The notes beneath the pieces were generated by a model. That model made no database searches and was not told the DNA's origin. It saw nothing but the letters and a program-made list of their open reading frames with translations. A program made the position numbers and the translations under genes. Source: a virus. From it: 64,000 nt of DNA. Shown piece after piece: positions 38,709 to 48,620 of the stretch. Within the stretch, counting starts at the first letter, position 1; every line of letters starts with the position of its first letter. Where the stretch lies: IMG/VR virus record IMGVR_UViG_3300045988_154248; one strand, 5' to 3'.

Positions 38709-39311
38709 ATGATTACAAAATATGTAAAAATTAAACCGGTTATTACACTTGCAGATGAGAAAAAAGCAATTGACTTCATTGTAGATTATATGTTTGAAGG
38801 CGGTGAGTATACACCGTGGAATAAGGAAGCTGCACTTATTACTGCTATTGCTGTTTATTTTATTGACGGTGTTGAATTTGAAAAAGACGATGTAATCTAT
38901 GATTGTGTTATGCAAGATCAAAATCTTCATGCGCATGTAAATAAATTTTTCTATAATGTAGATAAATCAGATAAGAAAAATGATATTAATTTTACGTATA
39001 TCAATACCAAAAACCATGTGATGGAAAGTGTACAAAAGATTGTAGATTTTAAACTACAAAAAATGATTCATTGTACGGATGAAAAACATGAAATGTATAC
39101 GGAAATTGCAGAAATGGCAAATGCTGTAGCAAATATTGGACGAAATGTTCAGATTGCTGCAAAACCTGTTCTTGAAAATCCAGAAAGCATTGGAATGATT
39201 ATGAATATTCTTAAAAAAATGAATGAAAGTAAAATGCTTAACGCAAAAGCAATTCGAGATGTGATGGTTGATACCGTAATGGATGTACAGAAAAGAATGA
39301 CAGGAAAATAA
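38709..39311 (+). CDS. hypothetical protein (positional candidate tail assembly chaperone)
   Basis: 200 aa after AAAGGAG, followed by a terminator at 39338-39367 (CTGGCA-gtcaaa-TGCCAG..ATTTTTT). Confidence 0.35.
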   Translation: MITKYVKIKPVITLADEKKAIDFIVDYMFEGGEYTPWNKEAALITAIAVYFIDGVEFEKDDVIYDCVMQDQNLHAHVNKFFYNVDKSDKKNDINFTYINTKNHVMESVQKIVDFKLQKMIHCTDEKHEMYTEIAEMANAVANIGRNVQIAAKPVLENPESIGMIMNILKKMNESKMLNAKAIRDVMVDTVMDVQKRMTGK

Positions 39312-39396
39312 TAAATAAAGCAAGAATACATTAAATCTTCTGGCAGTCAAATGCCAGGAGATTTTTTAATTTATCAATATGGAGGTGGTGGTAAAA

Positions 39397-39864
39397 ATGG
39401 GTAATATAACAAAGGAACTACAAAAGCTACTGAAAGATTACAATAAAAAAGTATTACAATCTGTTCCTACAATGGCACGTCAAATTGCAACTGATACAGA
39501 ACCAGAATATAGAAAAATTATTAATGAATCAATTAATCAATATTATGCAACACACAAAGGAGACTTTAGTGAGGGTAGATTAGAAAACATGACTGGCAAT
39601 ATAAGTGCTGAAGGTTCATCTATAATTTTTGAAGATACAGAAGAAAACGTTCCAAATTATCACGGATTCTGGGGACAAGAACTAACAAACGAAGGTGTGT
39701 TTGATTTGATGTATTTAAAGGGTGAACATGGTAATGGTAAGTGGCATCTTGTAGATACTACTCCTCCACCATTTGATTATGTTGAGCAAGAACTGGTCAA
39801 TGGTAGATTAGATAAAATCATTGATAATTCAGTACATAAAGTGCTTGATAATATAGAATTATAA
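39397..39864 (+). CDS. hypothetical protein (positional candidate tail assembly chaperone)
   Basis: ATG 39397 after GGAGGTGGTGG; directly upstream of the tape-measure gene. Confidence 0.35.
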   Translation: MGNITKELQKLLKDYNKKVLQSVPTMARQIATDTEPEYRKIINESINQYYATHKGDFSEGRLENMTGNISAEGSSIIFEDTEENVPNYHGFWGQELTNEGVFDLMYLKGEHGNGKWHLVDTTPPPFDYVEQELVNGRLDKIIDNSVHKVLDNIEL

Positions 39865-39877
39865 AGGTGGTGAAAAA

Positions 39878-42718
39878 ATGCCAAAACAACATACAATTAA
39901 CCTCGAAGCTGTTATAAAAGCTGCACTGGATAAAAATAGCGAAAAAATAATCGATGATTTTGAGAAGAAAATCACTGAACCAAAAGAGATTAATATCAAA
40001 ACAGATAAAGCATCTAAACAGGTTAAGAAGCTGTCTGATGAGATTGAAAAAGAACAAAAGAAACATACTCAAACGTCTAGAAAAAGAAATAAAACTAAAA
40101 CAGCTACTGAACAAAGTACTCCAAAAAACGCAGATAAGTATGTACAATCAACAATATATGATAAAAAAGGACGTCCATCTACTTCTCATTCGTATACGTA
40201 TGCTGATGGAAAACAACAATCTTATAACAAGAATGGTAAGTTAACATCTGAGAAGCAGACCGTTGTTGATCTTCAAAAAGCATATTCTCAGTTAAATAAA
40301 GACGTAACAGAATATTATTCATTAAAGACAAAAGAAGCAAAAGGCAAAGTAGCCACAGAGGATAAACAGTATGTTAAAGGTCGGATTTCTGATTTAGTTA
40401 ATGAAATGTCTGCAAACCGAAAATATATTGCAGATGTAAAAAAGCAAGGTTTTTACAATGATGAATTGGAGCAAAAAGCTTTTAATCATTTTCGTAGAAA
40501 AGCTAATGGCTACAACACGTATGTCGATGAGAAAAATGCTACAATCAAAGCTTATGGAAATGATGACAATACTGCTATTCGTCAGGGACAGCGTTCGAAA
40601 CAACTAAGTAATTATGCTGGACAATCCACAGATGCAATTGAAAGAGCAAGAACGCTTGATACAACTATAACAGGTTTGGAAAAAGAATTATCAAACCTTG
40701 TTTCTTCTGGCGCATCAATGGATCAAATTAAGTCAAAATTTGATGAATGCACTTCTGCTGGTAAAGAATTTAAAAATGTCATGACCCTAGTCAATAGCAC
40801 TATGGAGAAAACATCTAAAAAAGATACCGTTGTTGGAGATTCAAATGCCGCAAAGCTTCAAAATGCCATTGATAAAAAAGTAGCTCAAGCAAAAACACTT
40901 GTATCAGATAGTTCTATAAAACAATTTGACGCAAAAATTGAAAAGATTAAATCTCAGTACGCTGGACAAGATGGTTCTGCAGACGTTTTATCATCTTTAG
41001 AAAAAACAGTGAATACCATACATGACAAACAGGCTAGTATAAAAGCAGAATTAGCAAAAGGATCTTCTGGAAATTTAACACAAATTGCTTCGGATGCTGA
41101 TATTTTGAATGCAAAGCTTAATGAAGTTGAAACTACCGCGAAAACGCTTGGAACTTCACTTTCAAAAAATCTAGATGGTACCACACTTCAGAGAACTATT
41201 GATAAAATTGATAATCTTGTAAAAAATTCCGACGGTTTTGCAAGCAAATCGCAATTAGAAAAATTAAAAACTCTACGAGATTCTTATACTAATAGTGATT
41301 CTGGAATTACAAAAGCTGTCAACTATGATAATTCTAAAATTATTTCTGGCATCGAGCAGGAAATTAATGCTCGTAAAAAATTAGCAGAAGCTCAGAAAGA
41401 ATTGCAAACTGGTACATATTCTGCGAATGAAGCCAATTATAAAAATGCTCTTTCCAAATATGAAGGGCAAACTTCTGAATCTCTAACTCGTGCAAGAGAA
41501 AGTTTAAAACAATTCAAAGAGATCCGTGAAGACTTTGAAAAGTCTATGAAAGACATTAAGGTTTCTGATCTTAGTGACGAAGAGTTTGAACGTTTAAGTA
41601 AGAATCTTCAGAATATGACTGAAGAGGAAGAAAAATATAAGACAGCGATGAAACAGGTCAAGGCAGAGGAAACTGCTACTCTAGCACCTGGTGTCGCCCT
41701 TCGTGCGTCAAACGAGATGCAGTCTTATATTAACAACAACAGCAAGGCATGGAAGAAATATAAGGCACAACTCGAAGAAGTTCGTGATGCCTATAAAAAT
41801 GTAACAACAGAAGGACAAAAGTTAGAAGTTGACGCTAAAGCTAGGGATTTGAAAGCAAAAATTTCTGCTGATGGATTAACAGGTGCAAGTTTTTGGCAAG
41901 ATACAAAACGTGCTGTTAATCAAATTGCTCAATTCACTGGAATTTACGGCATGTTGCAGAATGTCGTTATGGAAATTCCATCAAAGGTTGTTTCTAATGT
42001 AAAGGAAATTAATGATGCTCAAATTGAATTAGCAAAAGTTGCAAGTGATGCATCGGAGAGTCAATTAAGTCAGTACTGGGATAAGGCTGCTGAAAGTGCC
42101 AAGAAATATGGTGCTACAGTTAGTGATGTAATTAGCAGTACTGCGGATTGGAAACGTCTCGGAGCTTCTCTTGATGACGCAAAAGAATTGTCTGACATGA
42201 CTACTCTTCTGCAACGTGTCGGAGATAACATGACCCAGGAAACATCCTCTTCTGGTCTAATTAGTGCATTGAAAGGTTTTCAACTAAAAGCAGATCAAGC
42301 ACAACATATCGTAGATGTGGCAAATGAGGTAGCCAATACGCAGCCTATTGATACAGCAGGTATTTTTGAAGCAATTGAAAGATCTGCATCATCTCTAAAA
42401 GCCGCTGGCAATACGTATGAACAGGGTGTTGCGCTTGCCAGTGCAGCGAATAGTGTAATTCAAAATCCGGAAAAAATCGGGACAGCACTAAAAACGATCT
42501 CAATGCGCATAAGAAGCGCCGAAACAGATCTTGAAGAAGCCGGTCTTGACACTGAAGGAATGGTAACTTCTACTGCCAAGCTTCGAAAAGAAATGCTTGC
42601 ACTTAGTGGCGTAGATATTCTGAAAGACAAAGATACTTTTAAGTCTACTTATCAAATTCTTGATGAGTTAGCAAATAAATGGTCTGATTTAACAGACATC
42701 CAGCAGGCAGACTACACT
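39878..42718 (+). CDS. tail tape measure protein, exon 1 of 4 (3' boundary approximate, 42713-42729)
   Basis: Long alpha-helical, Ala/Lys/Ser-rich protein containing the conserved TMP core (...ILDELANKWSDLTDIQQA). The frame then runs into an intron-encoded tail and a stop at 42745. Confidence 0.7.
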
Positions 42719-43109
42719 TGCCTGTATGTACAGAAATGTGCATAAGAGAACACATCTAAAACCAGTAAAACCTAATGCTCTATCACTACAATATGGATGA
42801 AACATGCTGATATGAATGTAACGAAAGTAAAACAACGATAGAGATTCTATATGGTCAAAAGCCTAAGTAGAAATTTTGCTAATTATTTTAAATTAGAAAT
42901 GGTAGCTTGGTCGCAAAGTCCCGAATAGGGATGTGTCAAACGAGTACCCCAACGTCAGGGGGGAGAAATCCTTAATGTAGGGCTTAATCGCTAAATGAAG
43001 TCTGAAATGGTGTGACTGCTATTATTCTTAAGATGAATAATGTGGTTAAAAAGTACTCTGATCTTATATGCGAGTATAAGAATTATTATTGAAAAGAGAA
43101 TTTTATTTT

Positions 43110-43286
43110 ATGAAAAAATTTGATAAAGAATACAGTACTCAATACGTACCTGAGATGAAATATCTTCAATCAAAAGGTATTGAATATTCTTTTGTAAAAG
43201 ATATTCAAGGAGTGACGACATATAAATATACGAAGACACCAGAGTTATTTTTGGCTTTGGTGTCTTTTTATATGGAGAATAAATAA
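43110..43286 (+). CDS. small protein (58 aa), near-identical paralog of 8158-8337
   Basis: MKKFDKEYSTQYVPEMKYLQSKGIEYSFVKDIQGVTTYKYTKTPELFLALVSFYMENK. Part of the 210-bp repeat. Confidence 0.5.
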   Translation: MKKFDKEYSTQYVPEMKYLQSKGIEYSFVKDIQGVTTYKYTKTPELFLALVSFYMENK

Positions 43287-43322
43287 AAATACGAAAGGAT
43301 AAATAATAGGTGATAAATAATG
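43113..43322 (+). repeat. 210-bp direct repeat, copy B (1 mismatch to 8164-8373)
   Basis: Read directly; the single difference is gagaat vs gaaaat near the small-ORF stop. Confidence 0.9.
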
Positions 43323-44687
43323 GCAAGACAAAAATATACATATGAACAAGTTTACAATGAATTTGACAAAAGAGGTTATGATTTAGTATCAGAAGAATAC
43401 CATAACGTTTCTGAACATCTGGAATATATCTGCAGAAAACATAAAGACAAAGGTATCCAGAAGATAACATTTTCAAAACTTCATTCAGTGAATAGAGGTT
43501 GTTATTATTGTGGTAGAGAACGAACTGAAAATGCGCATGTGAAAGAATTAGATCCTGAATATGACAAACAATTGTGTGAATCGAAAAATTTTACATATAT
43601 TGGATCGAGAAAAGAAAATCATATTTTTGTTATTGATTTTATTTGTAATAATCATAAAGATCTTGGGATTCAGTCTATGCGTCGCAATAATATGAAAAGG
43701 CAAATTAAAGGATGTCAGTATTGTTCAGGGAAAAATTTACCAGAATGGTATATTATGAAAAAGAAAGATGAAGTAAATCCAAATATTATATTAATTGATC
43801 CATATAAAAACATGACTACAAGAATGAAATGTCTTTGCAAGAAACATAATTTTTTGCATAATAAAACCATGCAGGAAATTTTAGGTGGAAAAGGTTGCTA
43901 TTATTGTGGTCTTGAAAAACTAAGTAAACAAATGTTTTTGTCAGATGATCAAGTCAATGAAAATATTCATAAGAAAAATCCACATGTTGATGTTATAAAA
44001 TATAATGGCGCAGATATTATTTCTGAATGGTACTGTAATAAGCACCAAAAATCATTCAGTAAGTGCTATGTTACTTTGCTTTATTGTGATAGTGGATGCG
44101 ATGAATGTTATAAAGAATTAATTAGAGATAGATATGGTTTGGGTCAGTTAGAGTTTAAGAAAAAAATAAAAGAAATTCATCCAACATTACAAGTTATAGG
44201 CAAATATATAAATAATACCACTCCAGTAGATTTATATTGTCAAAAACATGATTGTTATTTTTCAACAGATCCATCTTCTGCATACAAAAGATTATCTTGT
44301 TGTCCTAAATCTAGAGTCACTTATAAAGAAGAATATGTATGTAGTTTGTTAGAAAAATGGGGTTATTCTATTACTAGACAAAAGAAATTTGATGACTGTA
44401 AGGATAAAAACGTTCTTCCGTTTGATTGTTATTTAAATGATTTTAATGTATTGGTGGAATATGATGGAGAAGGGCATTACAAACCTGTAATGTTTGGAGA
44501 AGAATCCTATGAAGAAGCCGTAGAAAAATTTCATTATACGCAAAAACATGATCAAATGAAGAATGAATATTGTGAAGTAAATAATATTCCTCTTATTAGA
44601 ATTCCTTATTATGAGTTCGATGATGTAGAATATTATCTATATGATAATTTATGTAAACTTGGTGTTATAGAAGAAAATTTTCAATAA
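43320..44687 (+). CDS. intron-encoded endonuclease: five tandem zinc-finger modules + Vsr-like/PD-(D/E)XK (EDxHD-type) C-terminal nuclease domain
   Basis: Five repeats of C..(K/N)H...(~15-20 aa)...C..C (e.g. YICRKHKDKGIQ..GCYYCG; FICNNHKDLGIQ..GCQYCSG). C-terminus VLPFDCYL..NVLVEYDGEGHYKP....QKHDQMKNEYC..NIPLIRIPY resembles Vsr/DUF559-type nucleases as in I-Bth0305I-like enzymes. Confidence 0.6.
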   Translation: MARQKYTYEQVYNEFDKRGYDLVSEEYHNVSEHLEYICRKHKDKGIQKITFSKLHSVNRGCYYCGRERTENAHVKELDPEYDKQLCESKNFTYIGSRKENHIFVIDFICNNHKDLGIQSMRRNNMKRQIKGCQYCSGKNLPEWYIMKKKDEVNPNIILIDPYKNMTTRMKCLCKKHNFLHNKTMQEILGGKGCYYCGLEKLSKQMFLSDDQVNENIHKKNPHVDVIKYNGADIISEWYCNKHQKSFSKCYVTLLYCDSGCDECYKELIRDRYGLGQLEFKKKIKEIHPTLQVIGKYINNTTPVDLYCQKHDCYFSTDPSSAYKRLSCCPKSRVTYKEEYVCSLLEKWGYSITRQKKFDDCKDKNVLPFDCYLNDFNVLVEYDGEGHYKPVMFGEESYEEAVEKFHYTQKHDQMKNEYCEVNNIPLIRIPYYEFDDVEYYLYDNLCKLGVIEENFQ

Positions 44688-44747
44688 TAATTGGTATAGC
44701 TTTAAGCGAGGGCTATATTAACAAAAGAAATATGAAGTGTAACTGAG

Positions 44748-45083
44748 TTGATCGCCGGTAAAAATCAAGGCAATGTAATGAGCGCCCTTATGAGCCAGTA
44801 CGATATTGCTCGTCAAGCGCTTAATACTGCTATGAATGATTCCGAAGGCTCCGCCGAAAGGGAATTAACTAATTACCAAAAGGGTATCGATTACAGTCTT
44901 GAAAGATTCAAGGCTACATTTCAAGAATTTTCAACTTCTGTTCTATCATCAGACACTTTCAAGGCTGTCATAGATAGCGGAACACAATTCTTAGAAATTC
45001 TTACTAAAATTACTGAAACACTTGGGCCACTTGGCACAGCTTTAACAGCACTTGGTGGTTTCAAATTTATATCAAGCATAGGT
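44748..45083 (+). CDS. tail tape measure protein, exon 2 of 4
   Basis: LIAGKNQGNVMSALMSQYD... continues the TMP core. Ends ...GGFKFISSIG (GGT 45081-45083) immediately before TAG. Confidence 0.65.
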
Positions 45084-45571
45084 TAGCCAAAATCCTGGCT
45101 ATAGTTTATCGTAAACTGGCTTATCAATGCGGAGAATATCATAGCAATGGAATGATATTTCAACGTAGGGAGATTAGTGCTTGTAAAAAATAAATAGAGG
45201 ATTAATTCGTCGAATTCGCTATTCTGCAATAATGCAGTGAAATGGATGAAAATTCCGCGAGAACGCACGAGCCAACCTGACTACGTATAGTAATATGTGA
45301 AACGTTAGCAGCAATTATGGAATTAAAGATAATATCATAATGACGAGCGAAACATATGAAAGTTAGGAGGAGTAGAGAGAACACCCTTCCTCCAGCGTAT
45401 ATAATGCCATAGTTTATATGCGTTGAATGCATGTTCCACGGTACGCGAAAGTTGTGATGCTTTCTCATCACACGCCAGCTTCTATCCTATTTCTGGCGTT
45501 GTTGGAAAATAATAGGAAAATTATATAGATATTTATCGTCAAATTACAATAACAATGGGGGATGTGAAAGT

Positions 45572-45688
45572 ATGGGATCTAAATCTAAATTAGTATTTGA
45601 AACATTAGAATCTGATCCAGATGGTATTATTGATGCAAGCGAGCAAATATTAAATGTTCAAGGTACTCAGTTTTTACCGTTTACCTGA
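45572..45688 (+). CDS. 38-aa ORF (putative)
   Basis: GGGGGATGTGAAAGT then ATG: MGSKSKLVFETLESDPDGIIDASEQILNVQGTQFLPFT. Followed by the hairpin GAGGAGAGT..ACTCTCCTC. Confidence 0.25.
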   Translation: MGSKSKLVFETLESDPDGIIDASEQILNVQGTQFLPFT

Positions 45689-45758
45689 AATGTGCCAGTA
45701 AACATTGCATTGAGGAGAGTATGGAAATACAACTTCCCAGCACTCTCCTCTTCCACTT

Positions 45759-45857
45759 CTATAACATTTTCAACAAAAATGCCACAAAGAATAACAACGC
45801 TATCGCCCACCAGGGCCATGGCTGCATACTTCTTCTGACTCTACCTTTCCATGACAT
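45759..45857 (-). CDS. 32-aa hydrophobic peptide (putative), last gene of the antisense operon
   Basis: MSWKGRVRRSMQPWPWWAIALLFFVAFLLKML. Lies downstream (- strand) of conserved-element copy 1. Confidence 0.2.
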   Translation of the reverse strand: MSWKGRVRRSMQPWPWWAIALLFFVAFLLKML

Positions 45858-45896
45858 ATCTTTTATTTTTTCCTTTGTCTAAAAATAAGTTTTAAT

Positions 45897-45939
45897 GAAA
45901 GCAGGTGATTATTATCAATATTCAGCAAACAGCAAACAA
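45897..45939 (+). repeat. conserved 37-nt element, copy 1 (with 6-nt in-frame insertion)
   Basis: GAAAGCAGGTGATTATTATCAAT[attcag]CAAACAGCAAACAA. Contains the GTG start of ORF 45905. Confidence 0.85.
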
Positions 45940-46228
45940 GATAGAAACAAGAATTGTGTCTTCAGATAAATTAAATTCACAAAATATGTCATATGTATAT
46001 ATTGATTCAGATAATCAAATATATGTACGAGAAGGAATACTGCAGAATGATATTGATATATTATCTGCTGTATTAATGCAAAGAAAAGTCGATAGTCGTA
46101 TTAAAAAAACATATTTTGATATTGTAGACTCATTGAAAACGAATCAAGTATCTAAAAATCAATTTGAGTCTCTATATAAGATGGTTCTTGTAAAATATTA
46201 TGGTAAGAATGAAGAAAGTACATTGTAG
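45905..46228 (+). CDS. hypothetical 107-aa protein, convergent partner of protease 1
   Basis: GTG start inside the conserved element. N-terminus MIIINIQQTANK. The 3' end overlaps the protease gene by 31 nt. Confidence 0.4.
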   Translation: MIIINIQQTANKIETRIVSSDKLNSQNMSYVYIDSDNQIYVREGILQNDIDILSAVLMQRKVDSRIKKTYFDIVDSLKTNQVSKNQFESLYKMVLVKYYGKNEESTL

Positions 46229-46866
46229 TTTTCGCATTCTCCAAGACCAACTTCTTTTTCTTTATATGAATAGCTTGATTGTTCAATCCCTACTAAATAA
46301 TATTGGCTATCACGATTAATAAATATCGGTGATCCGCTTGATCCACTAAAGCATTCCATATCCACAAGGAAACGTTCCAATCCATTAAATTTTGATTTTA
46401 GAGGTGTCGCAATAACGCCACTTCGAATAAGTGGAGTGATAAAATTATCAGACTGAAATGATAACGGATATCCAATCATTAACGCATATTCAATTGAAGA
46501 TATTGGAAAATCTTCCGTTATAATATCTTCTTTTGTAATCCAAGATATTTTTAGCTTTCCTACATATTCTGGTGAATCGATTAGATCATTTATTCCAATT
46601 ACTGCAACGTCATATTGTGGATGTAAATATGGTTGGATACGTATTTCATTGTTTAGAAGATTCACTTGATCGTTTTGCTCAATAGGGACAGAAAACAAAG
46701 CGTTTTTCATATTCTCAAATATATGCCTATTCGAGACTAATGCATAATTTTCTCGATTATTTGCATGGTATTTATAGAAAAATCCTGTACCAATTTTACA
46801 TTCATCATTTTCTTTTAATACAGTAATTTTTGTTACAGTATGAATCAAATTCTCTTTTGTAAGCAT
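46198..46866 (-). CDS. trypsin-like (S1/chymotrypsin-fold) serine protease 1
   Basis: Catalytic triad context: VSNRHIF (His), YDVAVIGI (Asp), FSGSSGSPIF (Ser). RBS TAAGGAGAAG on the - strand. No signal peptide. Confidence 0.7.
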   Translation of the reverse strand: MLTKENLIHTVTKITVLKENDECKIGTGFFYKYHANNRENYALVSNRHIFENMKNALFSVPIEQNDQVNLLNNEIRIQPYLHPQYDVAVIGINDLIDSPEYVGKLKISWITKEDIITEDFPISSIEYALMIGYPLSFQSDNFITPLIRSGVIATPLKSKFNGLERFLVDMECFSGSSGSPIFINRDSQYYLVGIEQSSYSYKEKEVGLGECENYNVLSSFLP

Positions 46867-46886
46867 ATTTTACTTCTCCTTAATTA

Positions 46887-46923
46887 GAAAGCAGGTGATT
46901 ATTATCAATCAAACAGCAAACAA
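46887..46923 (+). repeat. conserved 37-nt element, copy 2
   Basis: GAAAGCAGGTGATTATTATCAATCAAACAGCAAACAA. Contains the GTG start of ORF 46895. Confidence 0.85.
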
Positions 46924-47236
46924 AACAGATCATCAGGAATCTATACAAACAATACACACAATAGAATTAACCACTAATGAGTATAATACAATCAAATATT
47001 TTTTTGAAAATATGGAGTCTTTATATAACTATGGACTGATTGATAAGGAAATTGTCCCATATAAAATTTTCTCCAATGCAAAAAATCATTTTATGAAAAA
47101 GCCAAAAATTACAATTACTAATTTAAAAATGACAAAAGCTTCAGATACTATTACTCATCTAGTTTGTGGTGATCAAAGTGTTAAATCTGTTTATCAAATA
47201 GCTACTTCTCCGTCACAAGAGGATATTGTTCTCTAA
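46895..47236 (+). CDS. hypothetical 113-aa protein, convergent partner of protease 2
   Basis: GTG start inside the conserved element. N-terminus MIIINQTANK. The 3' end overlaps the protease gene by 35 nt. Confidence 0.4.
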   Translation: MIIINQTANKTDHQESIQTIHTIELTTNEYNTIKYFFENMESLYNYGLIDKEIVPYKIFSNAKNHFMKKPKITITNLKMTKASDTITHLVCGDQSVKSVYQIATSPSQEDIVL

Positions 47237-47936
47237 TAAAATCAAGTATATAAAACGCATATACTTCCTGAGAAAGACCAAGACTTTCTTCATACTTCTT
47301 TTCAAATTCGTCTGTAGTAATTTTAAGAGAACGTATTTTAGCAGAATGATGTATGCCAAGTAGTTTGTATTTTTCATTAACTTTGATATAAACTGGGCAT
47401 CCACTTAAACCTTCTTTGGTATTGGCATAAGTGAAGAATCCGTTTTGAAAGTTGAACTGAATAGATGATGCAGTATTTCCTTTAATAATAAAAGGATACG
47501 CTAAGATTGTGTACCCTAATGCTGCTTGATAGCCAACGAGATAGACATCTTCCAAATCATTAAAACTTGATCTGTCATCATTTAAAATAATGTCTGATTC
47601 TTCTATAAAATGAAAAATTATATTGTATTTATTCAAGGCCTTGATTATTGTATTTGTTATATCGACATAGGCGATATCAAGAGAAGGATGTTTTATAGGA
47701 GAGACAGTTATATTAAAAGTTATACCTGACATTTCTTCGTTTTCGTCTATAGTGGATATAACAAAAGATATATTCATAATATTTTTGTCAAAACAATGAC
47801 CGCAAGAACAAAGGAAATATGATTCTCCTTGAGATGTTGCTAATTTTATGATAAAACCAGTAAAAGAGTGTCTTGGTTCTTCAGTATTATCAGCAATAAA
47901 TACTGTTGTATATTTCAAGTCATTTACACTAATCAT
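47202..47936 (-). CDS. trypsin-like serine protease 2 (diverged paralog)
   Basis: SCGHCF (His), LDIAYVDI (Asp), EGLSGCPVY (GxSGxP Ser). RBS AGAGAGGAAAA. Follows the zinc-ribbon gene by 33 nt. Confidence 0.6.
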   Translation of the reverse strand: MISVNDLKYTTVFIADNTEEPRHSFTGFIIKLATSQGESYFLCSCGHCFDKNIMNISFVISTIDENEEMSGITFNITVSPIKHPSLDIAYVDITNTIIKALNKYNIIFHFIEESDIILNDDRSSFNDLEDVYLVGYQAALGYTILAYPFIIKGNTASSIQFNFQNGFFTYANTKEGLSGCPVYIKVNEKYKLLGIHHSAKIRSLKITTDEFEKKYEESLGLSQEVYAFYILDFIREQYPLVTEK

Positions 47937-47969
47937 ATCAATTTTCCTCTCTTATGTTTTATGGTTATC

Positions 47970-48533
47970 TTAAAAATCATACCCACAATTCTTACAGTGA
48001 AATTGTTTGCCGATTTTCTCTGATGCAATGCCAAACATATTTGTAGACAGCATACGTTTGAATATACCGATTTTCTCGATATTTGTAGATTGACACACTG
48101 GACAGTGAGGTTGGTTGGCAGATGTTGGATTTTGATAGTTGTTCTTTTCTCTATATTGTTTTAACCGCTCTTCTTCTTCATGACGTCTTTTGTTATATGC
48201 ATTCTCATCAAATTGATTTTCCACATTAAGATCTTTTAGGTCATTAAGAATGCTTTCTTTGTCACACCCGTGATGATTTAACAAATCTACCATTTCATAC
48301 TTAGTTTGTATAAATGGAACGCGACAATATTTACAGTTAACTCTTCTACAATGACCAGCATAATTAATTTCATGAACCCCACATCTCGGACAGATAAAAC
48401 CTCTAGTAAAATCATTAATATTATTTTCTTCTAGATATTTTTTGATTGGTCGTCCACAATGAGGACAAGTTTCAGCATAGATGCTAACTTCTCTATCACA
48501 ATCTGGGCAATATATCAAATTTTGAAATCCCAT
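47970..48533 (-). CDS. multi-zinc-ribbon protein
   Basis: Start at the internal Met (GGAGG then 7 nt then ATG on the - strand). Four CxxC pairs: CPDCD..CPHCG, CPRCG..CKYC, CPVCQ..CKNCG. - strand promoter-like TATAAT/TGATATAAT motifs at 48560-48610. Confidence 0.55.
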   Translation of the reverse strand: MGFQNLIYCPDCDREVSIYAETCPHCGRPIKKYLEENNINDFTRGFICPRCGVHEINYAGHCRRVNCKYCRVPFIQTKYEMVDLLNHHGCDKESILNDLKDLNVENQFDENAYNKRRHEEEERLKQYREKNNYQNPTSANQPHCPVCQSTNIEKIGIFKRMLSTNMFGIASEKIGKQFHCKNCGYDF

Positions 48534-48620
48534 ATTACATCCTCCAATGCACATTAAATTAATTACATTATATCATAATTATTATATAAATCCAACATTA
48601 TACAATAATTTTATTCGCAG

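Larger units (their letters stand above)
42719..44747 (+). mobile_element. putative group I intron 1 with endonuclease cargo (boundaries approximate)
   Basis: Interrupts the TMP core motif (..DIQQA | LIAGKNQGNVMSAL). ~350 nt of hairpin-rich, G+C-richer RNA precede the ORFs. Only ~50-60 nt, including the TATAGC..GCTATA hairpin, follow them. Confidence 0.5.
45084..48620 (+). mobile_element. 3.5-kb insertion in the TMP gene with group-I-intron-like splice sites and multigene cargo
   Basis: U at -1 (45083). Candidate IGS GCTTAT (45119-45124) pairs with exon ATAGGT including a terminal G:U. It is followed by caATGCGGagaa (P-element-like) and gagCCAAcCTgAcTAc (Q-like). G 48620 precedes an in-frame continuation (LKNLGDLFG...) that is open for 67 codons with no start codon before Met 48810. 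Confidence 0.45.
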
